This document shows positions 37,296-47,527 of a stretch of 64,000 nucleotides of DNA, piece after piece (the stretch's first letter is position 1; each line of letters starts with the position of its first letter). The stretch lies in NCBI GenBank assembly GCA_035602855.1, contig DATNLN010000042.1:14645-78644 (forward strand), given 5' to 3'. The position numbers and the translations under genes are program-made. Origin of the DNA: Candidatus Acidiferrales bacterium (GTDB lineage Bacteria > Acidobacteriota > Terriglobia > Acidiferrales > UBA7541). Below the pieces are notes generated by a model. That model saw nothing but the letters and a program-made list of their open reading frames with translations. It was not told where the DNA came from and ran no database searches.

Positions 37296-38123
37296 ATGGC
37301 GACCGACCCCATCAAGAAGACGTATATCCACACGGCGCATGGTTATGGCTTTAGCGCGCGCATTGACCGGCCGTTCGAACACTTGGTGGACGTGCACGCG
37401 GGAAGCACGCTGCCGACAACCGGCGGCTTCGAGACTTCGCGCACGGAGAATTTTCGGTTAAAGGAAATCATATCGTACAGGGCGGCATACTCGGTGGTTG
37501 GCTCCAGCCGCAACCCGAAGGACGATACCTATAATTCCTCGGTAACCGCGACGATCGAGGGGCTGAACATTCTGGACATGGTGACCGCGGACCGCATCGT
37601 CGCACGCGTTACCTCCAAGCAGCGTTTAGACGAAGAGGAGCCGACGATTCTTTCGATCGGCAGCCGCTTCGAAAACTTGCGGATTGCAGGCTGCCCGGTT
37701 CAGGTGGACCTGGACAACGAACTTTTCACTCGCCTGGGCACGTATGCATCTTTCAAGAAGGAATACACGGAGAACCAACAGTCCCGTGAAATGATGCAGG
37801 GGCGATTCCTATGGGGAAAACCGAAAGCGGACGTACCGGAATTTCTCCGGGAGAGGTATAACTGGTTCGCCAGCGATGACTTTCCGGAATCGAAGGGCAT
37901 CGTATTGTGTTCCTTGGTAAAGGACGTAAAGACCACTTGCTCGGAACTGCGCAGGTACGGAAACGTGATCGTGGTGCCGCACTTCGGCAAGATCTACCTG
38001 GCCGAATTCCAGTTGCAGCGCTACCAGCGCGAGCTTGCCATGCTGCGTGTGGAACTGGGTTCAACGGTCGGTGGTTCGGGAAGCGGACCCGGAGGTCAAG
38101 GCGGTGGTTCGACGTATCCTTGA
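37296..38123 (+). CDS. hypothetical protein, no recognisable domain, no signal peptide
   Basis: GGAGG 8 nt upstream of the ATG. Strong third-codon-position G/C bias up to about 38055. The Gly-rich tail (GSTVGGSGSGPGGQGGGSTYP) has poor coding bias. Confidence 0.65.
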   Translation: MATDPIKKTYIHTAHGYGFSARIDRPFEHLVDVHAGSTLPTTGGFETSRTENFRLKEIISYRAAYSVVGSSRNPKDDTYNSSVTATIEGLNILDMVTADRIVARVTSKQRLDEEEPTILSIGSRFENLRIAGCPVQVDLDNELFTRLGTYASFKKEYTENQQSREMMQGRFLWGKPKADVPEFLRERYNWFASDDFPESKGIVLCSLVKDVKTTCSELRRYGNVIVVPHFGKIYLAEFQLQRYQRELAMLRVELGSTVGGSGSGPGGQGGGSTYP

Positions 38124-40585
38124 GGTGTGTGGTTTTCGCGATTGAGCTTTTTGGGATCTGTGGATGCCACAGGTCCAGCCAACTTGAGCCGTCCGCGCGA
38201 TTTCAAAACGCGCGCAGCAAGTTTGAACACGGCGACCATGTGGGAGCATCCAGTGATGCTGACGCGGCTTATCACGAGTACGCCGTCAGCAAGCCTGAAT
38301 GGGCGTGGCGGTTTCGAGTCCTGGAAGGTGAGGTGCTGGTTTCCCGCGGGCTAAGCGCCGATTCTCTCGCATTGCTCGACGCCCCTATTCCTGCCACTCT
38401 GGCCCATAGTGAAGTTGCAGTTCGAAAGGAAATGTTTGAAGGGTTAGCAGATTGTAGCCTGCGCCGTTTCGATGAAGCCGACCGCCGCCTGTCGAATGCA
38501 GATCAATTAGCCGAAGCCTACCAACAAATCGCGCTCGCGGAAGTATTTCTCAGTCGCGGCACGCTCATATTCCTTCGGGGCGATTATTCCGCCGCGCAGT
38601 CTACTTTCCGCCAAGCCCTTCAACTCGCCCAGCGCGACCAACAGCCTTTCATCGAAGCAAAAGCTCTAGGAAGTCTCGGTCTCGTCGCAATGTATGAAGA
38701 GCGATACGACGAGTCGATTGACTGGTACACGAGGTCGCTCGACGTCTCACGCCGTCTCGGAGCCCAAGCCGTTACCGCGAAGACTCTTGGAAATATGGGC
38801 TGGTGCTACTACCGCATGGGCGATGACGCGAAAGCTCTTTCGCTGTCTAGCGACGCGAAAGAGGCCGCCACGCACTTGGGGGTAAACAAAGATGAAATGC
38901 TTTGGCTTCGAAACATCGGAATCATTGAGGACAATCAGGGTTCTTACACCGCTGCAACGCGCGATTACGAGGAAGCTCTGGACCTTGCCAACAAGATGCA
39001 GAATGGAGCCGAAGCCGCGACGTGTCTGAACAATCTGGCAATCGTCAAGCTGAAGAGACACGACTATGACCGAGCCGAGCAATACAACAGTCAAGCGCTA
39101 GCGCTAAAACGAGCCGAAAACGACCGGGTGTCAGAACTTTATTCTCTGATCACAGAGGCGTACATAGCGGCGGGCAACGGTAATTTCGAGCAGGCGAAAT
39201 CGAATTTGCAGAACGTGATCGCGGACAAGAATTCGAATCACTATTTGCAATGGCAAGCAGATGCCGGTCTTGCATATGTATACGTGAGCAGCAAACAGCC
39301 GGCGCGGGCGGCAGAGCATTTTCGAAAGGCGATGGCGACTATCGAGACAGCAAGATCCTCGCTACAGCATGAAGAGTTTCGTCTGTCGTTCGTGTCCGGT
39401 GTCGTTGGCTTTTACGACGACTACGTCAGTTTCCTGGTGTCGCAAGGAAAAATAGAGGAAGCGCTGGAAGTTGCGGAATTCAGCCACGCGCGAACTTTGG
39501 CGGAAGGGCTTGGCATCAATGCCTCTTCCATGCGTTTTCCGATCAGGAATTTCAAACCGCGCCAAATCGCCAAGGAGTCGAAGGCCATGGCCCTTGACTA
39601 TTGGCTCGGAGCGGAACATTCCTACCTGTGGGTAATTAGGTCGGATCGAGTGGAGCTTTTCACACTGCCTCGGGCCGCGGAAATTGATCCGCTGGTGCAG
39701 TCTTACCGGCAGGCGCTGCTCGGGTCGCGCGACGTGCTGGAGACGCAGAATGCGGCGGGGCGCAAACTTTATGATTTGCTGGTGGCGCCAGCAGCGAAAA
39801 TGATACCGCGGGGGGCGCGGGTCATAATATTGCCGGATGGCAGCCTCTACGGCCTGAATTTCGAGACTTTGCTGGCCCCGTCGCCGCGATTGCATTATTG
39901 GATTGAGGATGTGGATGTTTCATACGCCAATTCGTTGACGGTGCTGGCGGCTGGAGCGGCGCGGCGTCCGGCGACAGCGAGGAAGCTTTTGCTGATGGGC
40001 GATCCTGTGTCGCCCGACGCGGAATTTCCGAAATTGCCGCAGGCGGCGGCGGAAATGACTGGCATCGAGAATTATTTCCCTGCGGCCGCGCGTACGGTTT
40101 TTTCGGGCGCGGAAGCAACACCCGATTCATACTTGAAGAGCCAGCCCGCCGCGTTTTCCTACATTCATTTTGTGGCGCACGGCACAGCCAGCCGTACCAG
40201 TCCGCTCGATTCGGCGGTGATTCTCTCCAGGCAAGGTGACGACTACAAGCTCTACGCCCGCGACATTATTCAGCATCCTTTGCACGCCGACCTGGTGACG
40301 ATTTCGGCGTGCCACGGCGAGGGCGTGCGCACGTATTCAGGGGAGGGCTTGGTCGGGCTTTCGTGGGCGTTCTTGCACGCGGGGGCGCATGAGGTGATCG
40401 CGGCACTCTGGGAAGTGAATGATAATTCCACGCCGCAGCTGATGGATCATCTGTATTCCGAAATCGGCAGGGGCGCGGCGCCGGATGCGGCTCTGCATGA
40501 CGCGAAGTTGGCGCTTCTCCGCTCAGGCGGCGTTTACCGGAGGCCATTTTATTGGGCGCCTTTCGAGTTGTATCGCGGTTCGTAG
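38120..40585 (+). CDS. TPR-repeat + CHAT (caspase-like) protease
   Basis: Multiple TPR units (e.g. LGNMGWCYYRMGDDAKAL, LNNLAIVKLKRHDYDRAEQY). C-terminal CHAT domain with His (IHFVAHG) and Cys (TISACHG) dyad. Start unresolved: TTG 38120 or GTG 38129. The track start 37907 is rejected on codon bias. Confidence 0.8.
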   Translation: MRCVVFAIELFGICGCHRSSQLEPSARFQNARSKFEHGDHVGASSDADAAYHEYAVSKPEWAWRFRVLEGEVLVSRGLSADSLALLDAPIPATLAHSEVAVRKEMFEGLADCSLRRFDEADRRLSNADQLAEAYQQIALAEVFLSRGTLIFLRGDYSAAQSTFRQALQLAQRDQQPFIEAKALGSLGLVAMYEERYDESIDWYTRSLDVSRRLGAQAVTAKTLGNMGWCYYRMGDDAKALSLSSDAKEAATHLGVNKDEMLWLRNIGIIEDNQGSYTAATRDYEEALDLANKMQNGAEAATCLNNLAIVKLKRHDYDRAEQYNSQALALKRAENDRVSELYSLITEAYIAAGNGNFEQAKSNLQNVIADKNSNHYLQWQADAGLAYVYVSSKQPARAAEHFRKAMATIETARSSLQHEEFRLSFVSGVVGFYDDYVSFLVSQGKIEEALEVAEFSHARTLAEGLGINASSMRFPIRNFKPRQIAKESKAMALDYWLGAEHSYLWVIRSDRVELFTLPRAAEIDPLVQSYRQALLGSRDVLETQNAAGRKLYDLLVAPAAKMIPRGARVIILPDGSLYGLNFETLLAPSPRLHYWIEDVDVSYANSLTVLAAGAARRPATARKLLLMGDPVSPDAEFPKLPQAAAEMTGIENYFPAAARTVFSGAEATPDSYLKSQPAAFSYIHFVAHGTASRTSPLDSAVILSRQGDDYKLYARDIIQHPLHADLVTISACHGEGVRTYSGEGLVGLSWAFLHAGAHEVIAALWEVNDNSTPQLMDHLYSEIGRGAAPDAALHDAKLALLRSGGVYRRPFYWAPFELYRGS

Positions 40586-40611
40586 CTCGCTTCATAAAAC
40601 GTCGAGCGCGC

Positions 40612-42360
40612 CTACGATTTGCCTGGCGCACGCGCGAGAAACATATATGCGACGAGCAGGATCGCGAAAATCGCGGAGACGATGGCTCCTGCAACGCGGT
40701 CCCAGGTGCTGGTGAATTGCACAGCGACCTGATGAGCGCCTGCGGGAAGCGCTACCAGCATCTGTGTGGTTTCTGGGGCTGCGCCGGGCGAGACACTCTT
40801 GCCGTCAACCTGTACTTTCCATCCTGGATAATTCAGCAGCCGTAGCGCCGGCGTTATCGGGTTGACGTCTTGCGCTGTAAAGCGCTTCTCGATTGCGGTC
40901 CAACGCTCGATGCGTACCGTGTTCTCGGGCACGGGTTTGAACACGTGTGTTTCGTTATCAAACTGCTGAATGCGCGGTGCTGGCTTGCCGATCATTTCGC
41001 CCATAGGATCGGCGCCGGGTAGTTCGTAGCGATCGCAGCCGAGCGGTTGATACTCATCCGTACCTTCATAGCCGCGGCCGGATTGAATTCCCTTGGTGAG
41101 AACGGGAATGTCTTCGCTGTCCCACCAACCGTCGTTTACCAGGGCGGCGGCGAGGGTCGTCAGAGCGATCGCGATAACCAGCCCGCCGAGCCAAGGCCGT
41201 TTCGCGCGTCCGATGACCGCGGCGAGAAAAAATGCGAACACGAAATCGAGCACGCCCAGCCAGCGCCAGGGGAACTGCACGAATTCCAGCTTGGGCAGCC
41301 AGCGCCACAAAAACAGGCTGGGGGAAAACATCAGCAACACTGCGGCGGAGCCCAGCCAGAGGAGCATCCACCAAATTTGCGGGAATTCGCGGCGGCGACG
41401 CGCGACCAGAACCGCCGCGATGCCGGTGACGAGCATTTCGCCCATCGCCACGCCGGAAACTTTCCAATTGAAGATCAGAAATTCGGGGTCAATCGCGTGG
41501 GTGAACAGAAAATTTTGGCTCGGGCTTAGCAGATCGGCGAGAGCTTGGTGAATCTGTACCCAGCGCTGTTCATAAGCCGCGGGAAAAATGTAAAACGCAG
41601 CGAGGCCAAAGCTTGCAGCCATCGAGACACCGCCGAGAAGCAACGGTGTGATACTGCGACGCAAAATGGACGTGACGAAAAACAGCAGCATCAACGAGTA
41701 GGTGGCCAGCACCGCGGCGGGCGCGTTCGCCAGCCAGATCAGCGCAAACGGAACGGCCAGAAATTGCAGGCCGTGCCAGCCCTCGCGCAGCAGACGCACT
41801 GCGCCCCAGAATGCCAGCGGAAGCAAGGCACTCGCTAGCAGCTCGGCGAAGTCGGCGCGGTAATAAACGATGATCAAGTGATACGGATTCGCTGCGTAGA
41901 GAACCGCGGCGGCGGTGGCTTCGCGCTGCGAAAGGCATTCGCGCGCGAATCGCCACATCGAATATCCGGCCAGCAGCAGCACCAGCCAGATGAACGCGCT
42001 CGGCGCCATTCTCCACGGGAGCAGGGAACCGAGAGTTGCTCCGAGCATCCAGGAGCCCGGCGGATAAAAAATAAAGCGCGGCTCTCCGTAGCCCCAGTTG
42101 GCCCATTCCGCCCAGCGCGGGAAGAAAGTGCCTTGGCGCCATTGCCCCGCGACGTCCAGCCAGGACGCCAGGTGAAACTGAAAATCGTGGCCCGACGCAT
42201 TGCCCAGAAAAAGCATGGGCGCGATCACGGCCGTCGCGGCAACGGCGACAAGCAGCAGAGCCACGCGCGGCGAAGCTGCGCTTGTGCGCGAAGCAGGCTG
42301 CGATGAAAGTTCGGTGGTTACGCTCGAGGGAATTGTTTTCGTCCCATTGGGAATTGCCAC
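40612..42360 (-). CDS. polytopic membrane protein, PTPS-related/glycosyltransferase-like family
   Basis: GHDFQFHLASWLDVAGQWRQGTFFPRWAEWANWGYGEPRFIFYPPG plus more than 10 TM segments and a C-terminal soluble domain. Start uncertain (GTG 42360 proposed; the track extends to 42561). Confidence 0.65.
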   Translation of the reverse strand: MAIPNGTKTIPSSVTTELSSQPASRTSAASPRVALLLVAVAATAVIAPMLFLGNASGHDFQFHLASWLDVAGQWRQGTFFPRWAEWANWGYGEPRFIFYPPGSWMLGATLGSLLPWRMAPSAFIWLVLLLAGYSMWRFARECLSQREATAAAVLYAANPYHLIIVYYRADFAELLASALLPLAFWGAVRLLREGWHGLQFLAVPFALIWLANAPAAVLATYSLMLLFFVTSILRRSITPLLLGGVSMAASFGLAAFYIFPAAYEQRWVQIHQALADLLSPSQNFLFTHAIDPEFLIFNWKVSGVAMGEMLVTGIAAVLVARRRREFPQIWWMLLWLGSAAVLLMFSPSLFLWRWLPKLEFVQFPWRWLGVLDFVFAFFLAAVIGRAKRPWLGGLVIAIALTTLAAALVNDGWWDSEDIPVLTKGIQSGRGYEGTDEYQPLGCDRYELPGADPMGEMIGKPAPRIQQFDNETHVFKPVPENTVRIERWTAIEKRFTAQDVNPITPALRLLNYPGWKVQVDGKSVSPGAAPETTQMLVALPAGAHQVAVQFTSTWDRVAGAIVSAIFAILLVAYMFLARAPGKS

Positions 42361-42616
42361 ATCCGACAGCTGGATACATTCGCGAACCGAAAGAGAATAG
42401 CGAATCGCGCGCGATCGGTGCCACTGGCGCCCTCGCGATTGCAATCCGTGGCGCACCGTGCTCCGTACCAGAGTATGCGTGCATATGGCCCGCTTGCCAA
42501 TACGCTGGCGCAACGAGTAGAGTTCTTCGGGATTGCGCGCCGCCGATAGACTCTGTAGCACATCTCCCAGGCACGAAACCCGGTATCATGACTGTGCCGA
42601 ATATGGCCGATAAGGG

Positions 42617-45292
42617 ATGAGTATGGAACCCACGTTGACAGCCGAAGAGCAGAGGCTCCGGGCCAACAGCGAGCGCGTGGCGCACTGGAAACGATGGGGC
42701 CCTTATCTGGCGGAGCGGCAATGGGGCACGGTGCGCGAGGATTACAGCGCGAACGGCGACGCCTGGGATTATTTTCCGCACGATCATGCGCGCTCCCGCG
42801 CGTATCGCTGGGGAGAAGACGGCATCGCGGGATTTTGCGATCGCCACCAGCACATTTGCCTGAGCCTGGCGCTGTGGAATGAAAAAGATCGCATCCTGAA
42901 AGAACGGCTTTTCGGACTGACCAACAAGGAAGGCAATCACGGCGAGGACGTCAAAGAGTATTACTACTATCTGGACGCGACACCGACCAGCTCGTATCTG
43001 CAATTCCTCTACAAATATCCGCACGCCGCATACCCCTACGACCAGCTACGCGAAGAAAACGCCAAGCGCACGCGCCACCAGCCGGAGTACGAACTGATTG
43101 ATAGCGGAGTCCTCGCGGAGAATCGCTACTTCGATGTGTTCGTGGAATACGCGAAGGCTACATTCGAAGATATCGTGGTGCGCATTACGGCGTGGAATCG
43201 CGGACCTCAAGCCACGCGTCTGCATCTGCTGCCCTCGTTGTGGTTTCGCAATCGTTGGGACTGGGGCGATGCCTACAACACGCCGCAGGTGGCGCGTGTG
43301 CCGGGATTCCAGGGCGGCGAGTTGCTTGAACTGACGGAATTTCATTACGGACAACGCTGGCTGGCGATCGAAGGAGCGCCGGAGCCGCTCTTTACAGACA
43401 ACGAAACGAACATGGAACGGCTGTTCGGCCAGAAGAGCAAGACGCCTTATGTGAAAGATGCGTTCCACCGCTACCTGATCAATGGCGAACGCGGTGCTGT
43501 GAATCCTGCGATGACCGGAACGAAAGCGGCGGCGCACTTTTCCTCGGAAATCGCGCCCGGCCAGAGTTGGACGATTCGTCTGCGTCTGACGGACCAGAAT
43601 CTCGCGGAGAATCACACGCCGGCGAGTCAACTTTTTGGGCCGGCGTTCGATGCCGTCTTCGATCAGCGTAAAAAAGAAGCGGACGAATTTTACGAAAAGC
43701 GCATTGACGCAAACCTGAGCGAGGATGCGCGCCGCGTGCAGCGCCAGGCTTTTGCCGGCCTGCTCTGGTGCAAGCAAAGCTATCACTACGACGTGCGGCG
43801 CTGGCTGGAAGGCGATTCCACGCAGCCGAAACCCGATGCCAGCCGCGAGGATGGCCGCAACCATGAGTGGACGCACCTGTACAATTCCGATGTGATTTCC
43901 ATGCCGGACACGTGGGAATACCCCTGGTATGCGTCGTGGGATCTGGCGTTCCACTGCGTTTCGATGGCGCTGATTGACCCGGAATTCGCGAAGCAGCAGC
44001 TGATTCTGTTTCATCGCGAGTGGTACATGAATCCCAGCGGGCAGGTTCCGGCTTACGAATGGAATTTGTCCGACGTGAACCCGCCCGTATTGGCCTGGGC
44101 GACTTGGCGCGTTTATAAGATCGCGGGACGCGTGGAAGGCAAGGAGGATCGCAACTTCCTGGTGCGGATGTTTCACAAATTGCTGCTGAATTTTACCTGG
44201 TGGGTGAATCGCAAAGACCCCGAAGGGAAGAACGTATTTGAGGGTGGCTTTTTGGGATTGGATAACATCGGCGTGTTCGATCGTTCCTCGCCGCTGGGAC
44301 CTGGAAATTTTATCGAGCAGTCCGACGGCACCAGTTGGATGGCGATGTTTTGCCTGGACATGCTGGCGATGTCCATGGAGTTGGCGCACGACGACCCGGC
44401 GTACGAGGATGTAGCCAGCAAATTCTTCGAGCACTTTGTGTACATCGCGCAGGCCATGAACGACATCGGTGGCACAGGAATCGGCCTGTGGGACGAAGCG
44501 GATGGTTTTTATTACGACGTGCTTCATTTGGGAAGCACCACTCATGTGCCGATGAAGGTTCGCTCGATGGTGGGACTGATCCCGCTGTTTGCGGTGGAGG
44601 TTTTCGAGCCGGAAGATTTAGCGCGGCTGCCGAGTTTTCGCAAGCGCATGGATTGGTTTCTGGCGCACAATCCGGACGTTGCGGACCACGTGGATATGAG
44701 CGAGCGCACCGACAAAGGCGCGCGCTTGATGCTCAGCATCGCCAATCGCGCAAAGCTAGAGCGGATTTACAAATATGTTCTGGATGAAAATGAATTTTTG
44801 TCGCAGCACGGAGTGCGGGCGCTGTCGAAATATCACAAGGATCATCCATTCGTTTTGCATGTGAACGGCCTTTCGCAGGCCGTGGACTACGAGCCTGCCG
44901 AATCTACCGGGGAGTTATTCGGCGGCAACTCCAACTGGCGCGGGCCGGTGTGGTTCCCGCTGAATTTCCTGATGATCGAAGCGTTGCAGCGCGTGCATCA
45001 CTACTATGGCGACGACTTCAAGGTGGAATGTCCCACGGGGTCGGGCCGGAAAATGACGCTCTGGGACGTGGGGCGCGAAGTTTCCCGTCGGCTCTCGCAC
45101 ATTTTTCTGCAGAAGGATGGCCGCAGGGCTGTGTACGGCGACGTCGAATTATTTCAGAAGGATCCCTACTGGCGCGATTTGCTTTTGTTTTACGAGTATT
45201 TCAACGGCGACAACGGCGCCGGTTTGGGCGCAAGCCATCAGACGGGATGGACGGCGCTGGTGGCCAAATTAATCGAGCAGAGCGGCGAATAG
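42617..45292 (+). CDS. large (alpha/alpha)6-type glycoside hydrolase (GH63 / MGH1-like glucosidase)
   Basis: 891-aa cytoplasmic [18 protein letters not shown] and [10 protein letters not shown] regions resemble the glucosidase family as I recall it. Confidence 0.6.
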   Translation: MSMEPTLTAEEQRLRANSERVAHWKRWGPYLAERQWGTVREDYSANGDAWDYFPHDHARSRAYRWGEDGIAGFCDRHQHICLSLALWNEKDRILKERLFGLTNKEGNHGEDVKEYYYYLDATPTSSYLQFLYKYPHAAYPYDQLREENAKRTRHQPEYELIDSGVLAENRYFDVFVEYAKATFEDIVVRITAWNRGPQATRLHLLPSLWFRNRWDWGDAYNTPQVARVPGFQGGELLELTEFHYGQRWLAIEGAPEPLFTDNETNMERLFGQKSKTPYVKDAFHRYLINGERGAVNPAMTGTKAAAHFSSEIAPGQSWTIRLRLTDQNLAENHTPASQLFGPAFDAVFDQRKKEADEFYEKRIDANLSEDARRVQRQAFAGLLWCKQSYHYDVRRWLEGDSTQPKPDASREDGRNHEWTHLYNSDVISMPDTWEYPWYASWDLAFHCVSMALIDPEFAKQQLILFHREWYMNPSGQVPAYEWNLSDVNPPVLAWATWRVYKIAGRVEGKEDRNFLVRMFHKLLLNFTWWVNRKDPEGKNVFEGGFLGLDNIGVFDRSSPLGPGNFIEQSDGTSWMAMFCLDMLAMSMELAHDDPAYEDVASKFFEHFVYIAQAMNDIGGTGIGLWDEADGFYYDVLHLGSTTHVPMKVRSMVGLIPLFAVEVFEPEDLARLPSFRKRMDWFLAHNPDVADHVDMSERTDKGARLMLSIANRAKLERIYKYVLDENEFLSQHGVRALSKYHKDHPFVLHVNGLSQAVDYEPAESTGELFGGNSNWRGPVWFPLNFLMIEALQRVHHYYGDDFKVECPTGSGRKMTLWDVGREVSRRLSHIFLQKDGRRAVYGDVELFQKDPYWRDLLLFYEYFNGDNGAGLGASHQTGWTALVAKLIEQSGE

Positions 45293-45322
45293 CAGCCGCG
45301 CGTTCAACGCGGTCCGAAGCTC

Positions 45323-45853
45323 TCAGAAGTCGGTGACCAGGCCCAGTCCCAGCGAAACACGATTGACGTAATTGAAATATGCGACCGTGAGCACGGTTTC
45401 GCGCACGGCGGCATCGTCCCAGCCGGCCTCCTTCAACGCGTCGGTGTCGGATTCCTCAATGTCGTCTGGGTGGCGCGTCAATTTATCCGCGAACCGGAAG
45501 AGCGCTTTCACGTTGGCGTCCACCGCGGCACTTTCGTAATCCGCCGTTAGTTTCCGCGCCAGCGCCTTTTCTACACCGAAGCGCCGCAGCAGCTCCATGT
45601 GAAACATCACGCAATAGGTGGAAGAGTTGATGCCGCTCACGACCAGGCCGATCTGTTCTTTCACGATCGTGGTAAGAGCGCCGTCGGCCATTACCGCATC
45701 GCTCATTTGCAACTGCGCTTCGATCACGGCGGGCTTGGCGCCCAGCGTCTTGAAATAATGCGGCAGAAATCCCAGCTTCTGTTCGATTTTTCCGTAAATC
45801 TCGCGGAGATGCCCTTCTGCCTGGGCTTCTTCGATCTCGTTCACGAATGGCAT
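45323..45853 (-). CDS. AhpD-like / carboxymuconolactone decarboxylase family protein
   Basis: 176 aa, all-helical. SSTYCVMFH region resembles peroxidase-related AhpD-fold proteins. Confidence 0.6.
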   Translation of the reverse strand: MPFVNEIEEAQAEGHLREIYGKIEQKLGFLPHYFKTLGAKPAVIEAQLQMSDAVMADGALTTIVKEQIGLVVSGINSSTYCVMFHMELLRRFGVEKALARKLTADYESAAVDANVKALFRFADKLTRHPDDIEESDTDALKEAGWDDAAVRETVLTVAYFNYVNRVSLGLGLVTDF

Positions 45854-46024
45854 GGAGTCGCTCCTCGGACGAAATGTGCGTGGAATTAATTTATATTCTG
45901 AGCGTCCGCGATTGTAGCACGCCCGAAGGAATACGAGGTTACAAGGAGCGATCGCGCGAATGGATGCGGCGGATTAATTTCGCGTATGGTGATGGCGCGG
46001 ACAGGGCGGATACAAATGTTCGCG

Positions 46025-46636
46025 CTAGTGCGCGGCTTCCACAAGCTCGACGAGAACTTTCTTCGCGTCCGGCCCGGCAGCGAGGAAGAAATTCACGCGC
46101 GTGCCATCGGCGCCGGCGCGCGTGGCGGGATAGAGCGGCGGCAGAGAGAACCGCGTGCGCAGAATTTCCGTCGCGCGATCCACATCGCGGACGTAGATCT
46201 CAATTTGCTGAATCCCTTCGCCGAACTTTTGCAGGTACCGCGAAATTGCGCCGGGGCCGCTGGGCTCGCGCGTGGTGAGAATATCGAAGTCGAGGGAAGC
46301 ATTGAGGTGGAGCTCGAATTCCTGGGCGTCTTGATCGGCGGGCACATTCGCCAGCCGCGGAGAATGATTGGCCGCACGAATTTTCTGGAATGTCTCGGGC
46401 TGCACGGCAATACCCACAACGATGGCCGAAGGTTGTGAGCGAGTGCGCGCCTCGCCAGCCGGATTGCCGGGCAATGTCAATTCGCGAAATTCCGGATCGG
46501 AAACCCAGCGGCTCAGTAACGGCGTGCACAGACTAACCCCTGCGAGATAAAGCCTCATCGCAGACTCGATCTTCACGCGCTCATCGGAGGCAGCCAAATC
46601 GTGAATCCATCGCGCGACACCAGCAGCGTCGGTCAT
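46025..46636 (-). CDS. hypothetical protein (C-terminal VOC/glyoxalase-like, tentative)
   Basis: 203-aa ORF with consistent coding bias. GIQQIEIYVRDVDRATEIL resembles a VOC beta-alpha-beta unit. Confidence 0.45.
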   Translation of the reverse strand: MTDAAGVARWIHDLAASDERVKIESAMRLYLAGVSLCTPLLSRWVSDPEFRELTLPGNPAGEARTRSQPSAIVVGIAVQPETFQKIRAANHSPRLANVPADQDAQEFELHLNASLDFDILTTREPSGPGAISRYLQKFGEGIQQIEIYVRDVDRATEILRTRFSLPPLYPATRAGADGTRVNFFLAAGPDAKKVLVELVEAAH

Positions 46637-46648
46637 AAATGGGTGGAG

Positions 46649-47527
46649 CTAGTGTGCCGAGCTGCTCGGAGATTTTACAGCGTTGATATTGGTTAGCGTA
46701 ACGTAACTGGGCTGGCCGGGGCGCACGGTCACGGGTACGTCCCAGCGTTCGCGCGCGTCGCCTGCGACCGCCTCGATATTCAGCGTACCGAGCCAATAAT
46801 TTCCAGCCGGAATTCCGCGCAGCGCTCCTTGTCCCTGCATATCCGTGTCGACGCGAGCCACCAGATATTTTCCGCGCGCCAGGTCCGCGGTTTCGCGCGC
46901 CAAATCGGAGAGGCTTTTGGCCCTCTGCATGTCCCATTTGTGGCCGGGGTTCACCTCTTCCAGGCTTAAGTCCAGGCTGTCCTTGCTGTCCGGGTCAGCG
47001 ATAACGAACGCTCGAATGGCGTCGTGATATTGGGTCACCAAGCGGTCGTACTTCGCCGGGTCTTTGGCGCGGTCCTCGAGCTTGTATTTTGGCGTGGGGA
47101 AACCGGCGGTGCGGTCGCCGACCATACGCTCAGTGTAGGCAGTGAAAAATTCCGGGACGTTCATGATGTCGTCGGCTTTGAGCATTTTGGTGAAGTCTTC
47201 ACCCGCCAGACTCACCCGATGGTTGGTCTTCATCCAGGCTTTTAGTTCTTTGGAGACGTCCAGCGAGTCTATGAATTTATCCAGACTGGGGGCGGGTGAT
47301 GCGGCTTCGGCTTCCTTCTGGATGTCTGCATAGCTCTTGCTGAGCAAATAGAAAGGAAGCGTGCGCACCGGTTCATCTTCGCCGCCTGAAGGAGTGACGC
47401 GCGCGACAAATTGCACGGTGCCGGTCTGCGCGGCGGCGCGCGGAGCTTTTCCAAGCACTCCGGCGACCAGGAGAAGCACAGAAAACGTAGAGATTGAAAT
47501 TCTCGTGGAAATTTTCATAGCGCTCAT
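46649..47527 (-). CDS. secreted hypothetical protein with C-terminal carboxypeptidase-regulatory-like beta domain
   Basis: Signal peptide MSAMKISTRISISTFSVLLLVAGVLG. C-terminal GIPAGNYWLGTLN...VTVRPGQPSYVTL. The track start is 47551. Confidence 0.55.
   Translation of the reverse strand: MSAMKISTRISISTFSVLLLVAGVLGKAPRAAAQTGTVQFVARVTPSGGEDEPVRTLPFYLLSKSYADIQKEAEAASPAPSLDKFIDSLDVSKELKAWMKTNHRVSLAGEDFTKMLKADDIMNVPEFFTAYTERMVGDRTAGFPTPKYKLEDRAKDPAKYDRLVTQYHDAIRAFVIADPDSKDSLDLSLEEVNPGHKWDMQRAKSLSDLARETADLARGKYLVARVDTDMQGQGALRGIPAGNYWLGTLNIEAVAGDARERWDVPVTVRPGQPSYVTLTNINAVKSPSSSAH

Noticed and set aside
37907-38119. ORF-track start (GTG 37907) for the TPR-CHAT gene, overlapping the 275-aa ORF by 217 nt.
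   Set aside because: In this stretch only about one third of the CHAT-frame codons end in G/C, whereas about three quarters of the overlapping 37296-frame codons do. The CHAT frame looks coding only from about 38057.
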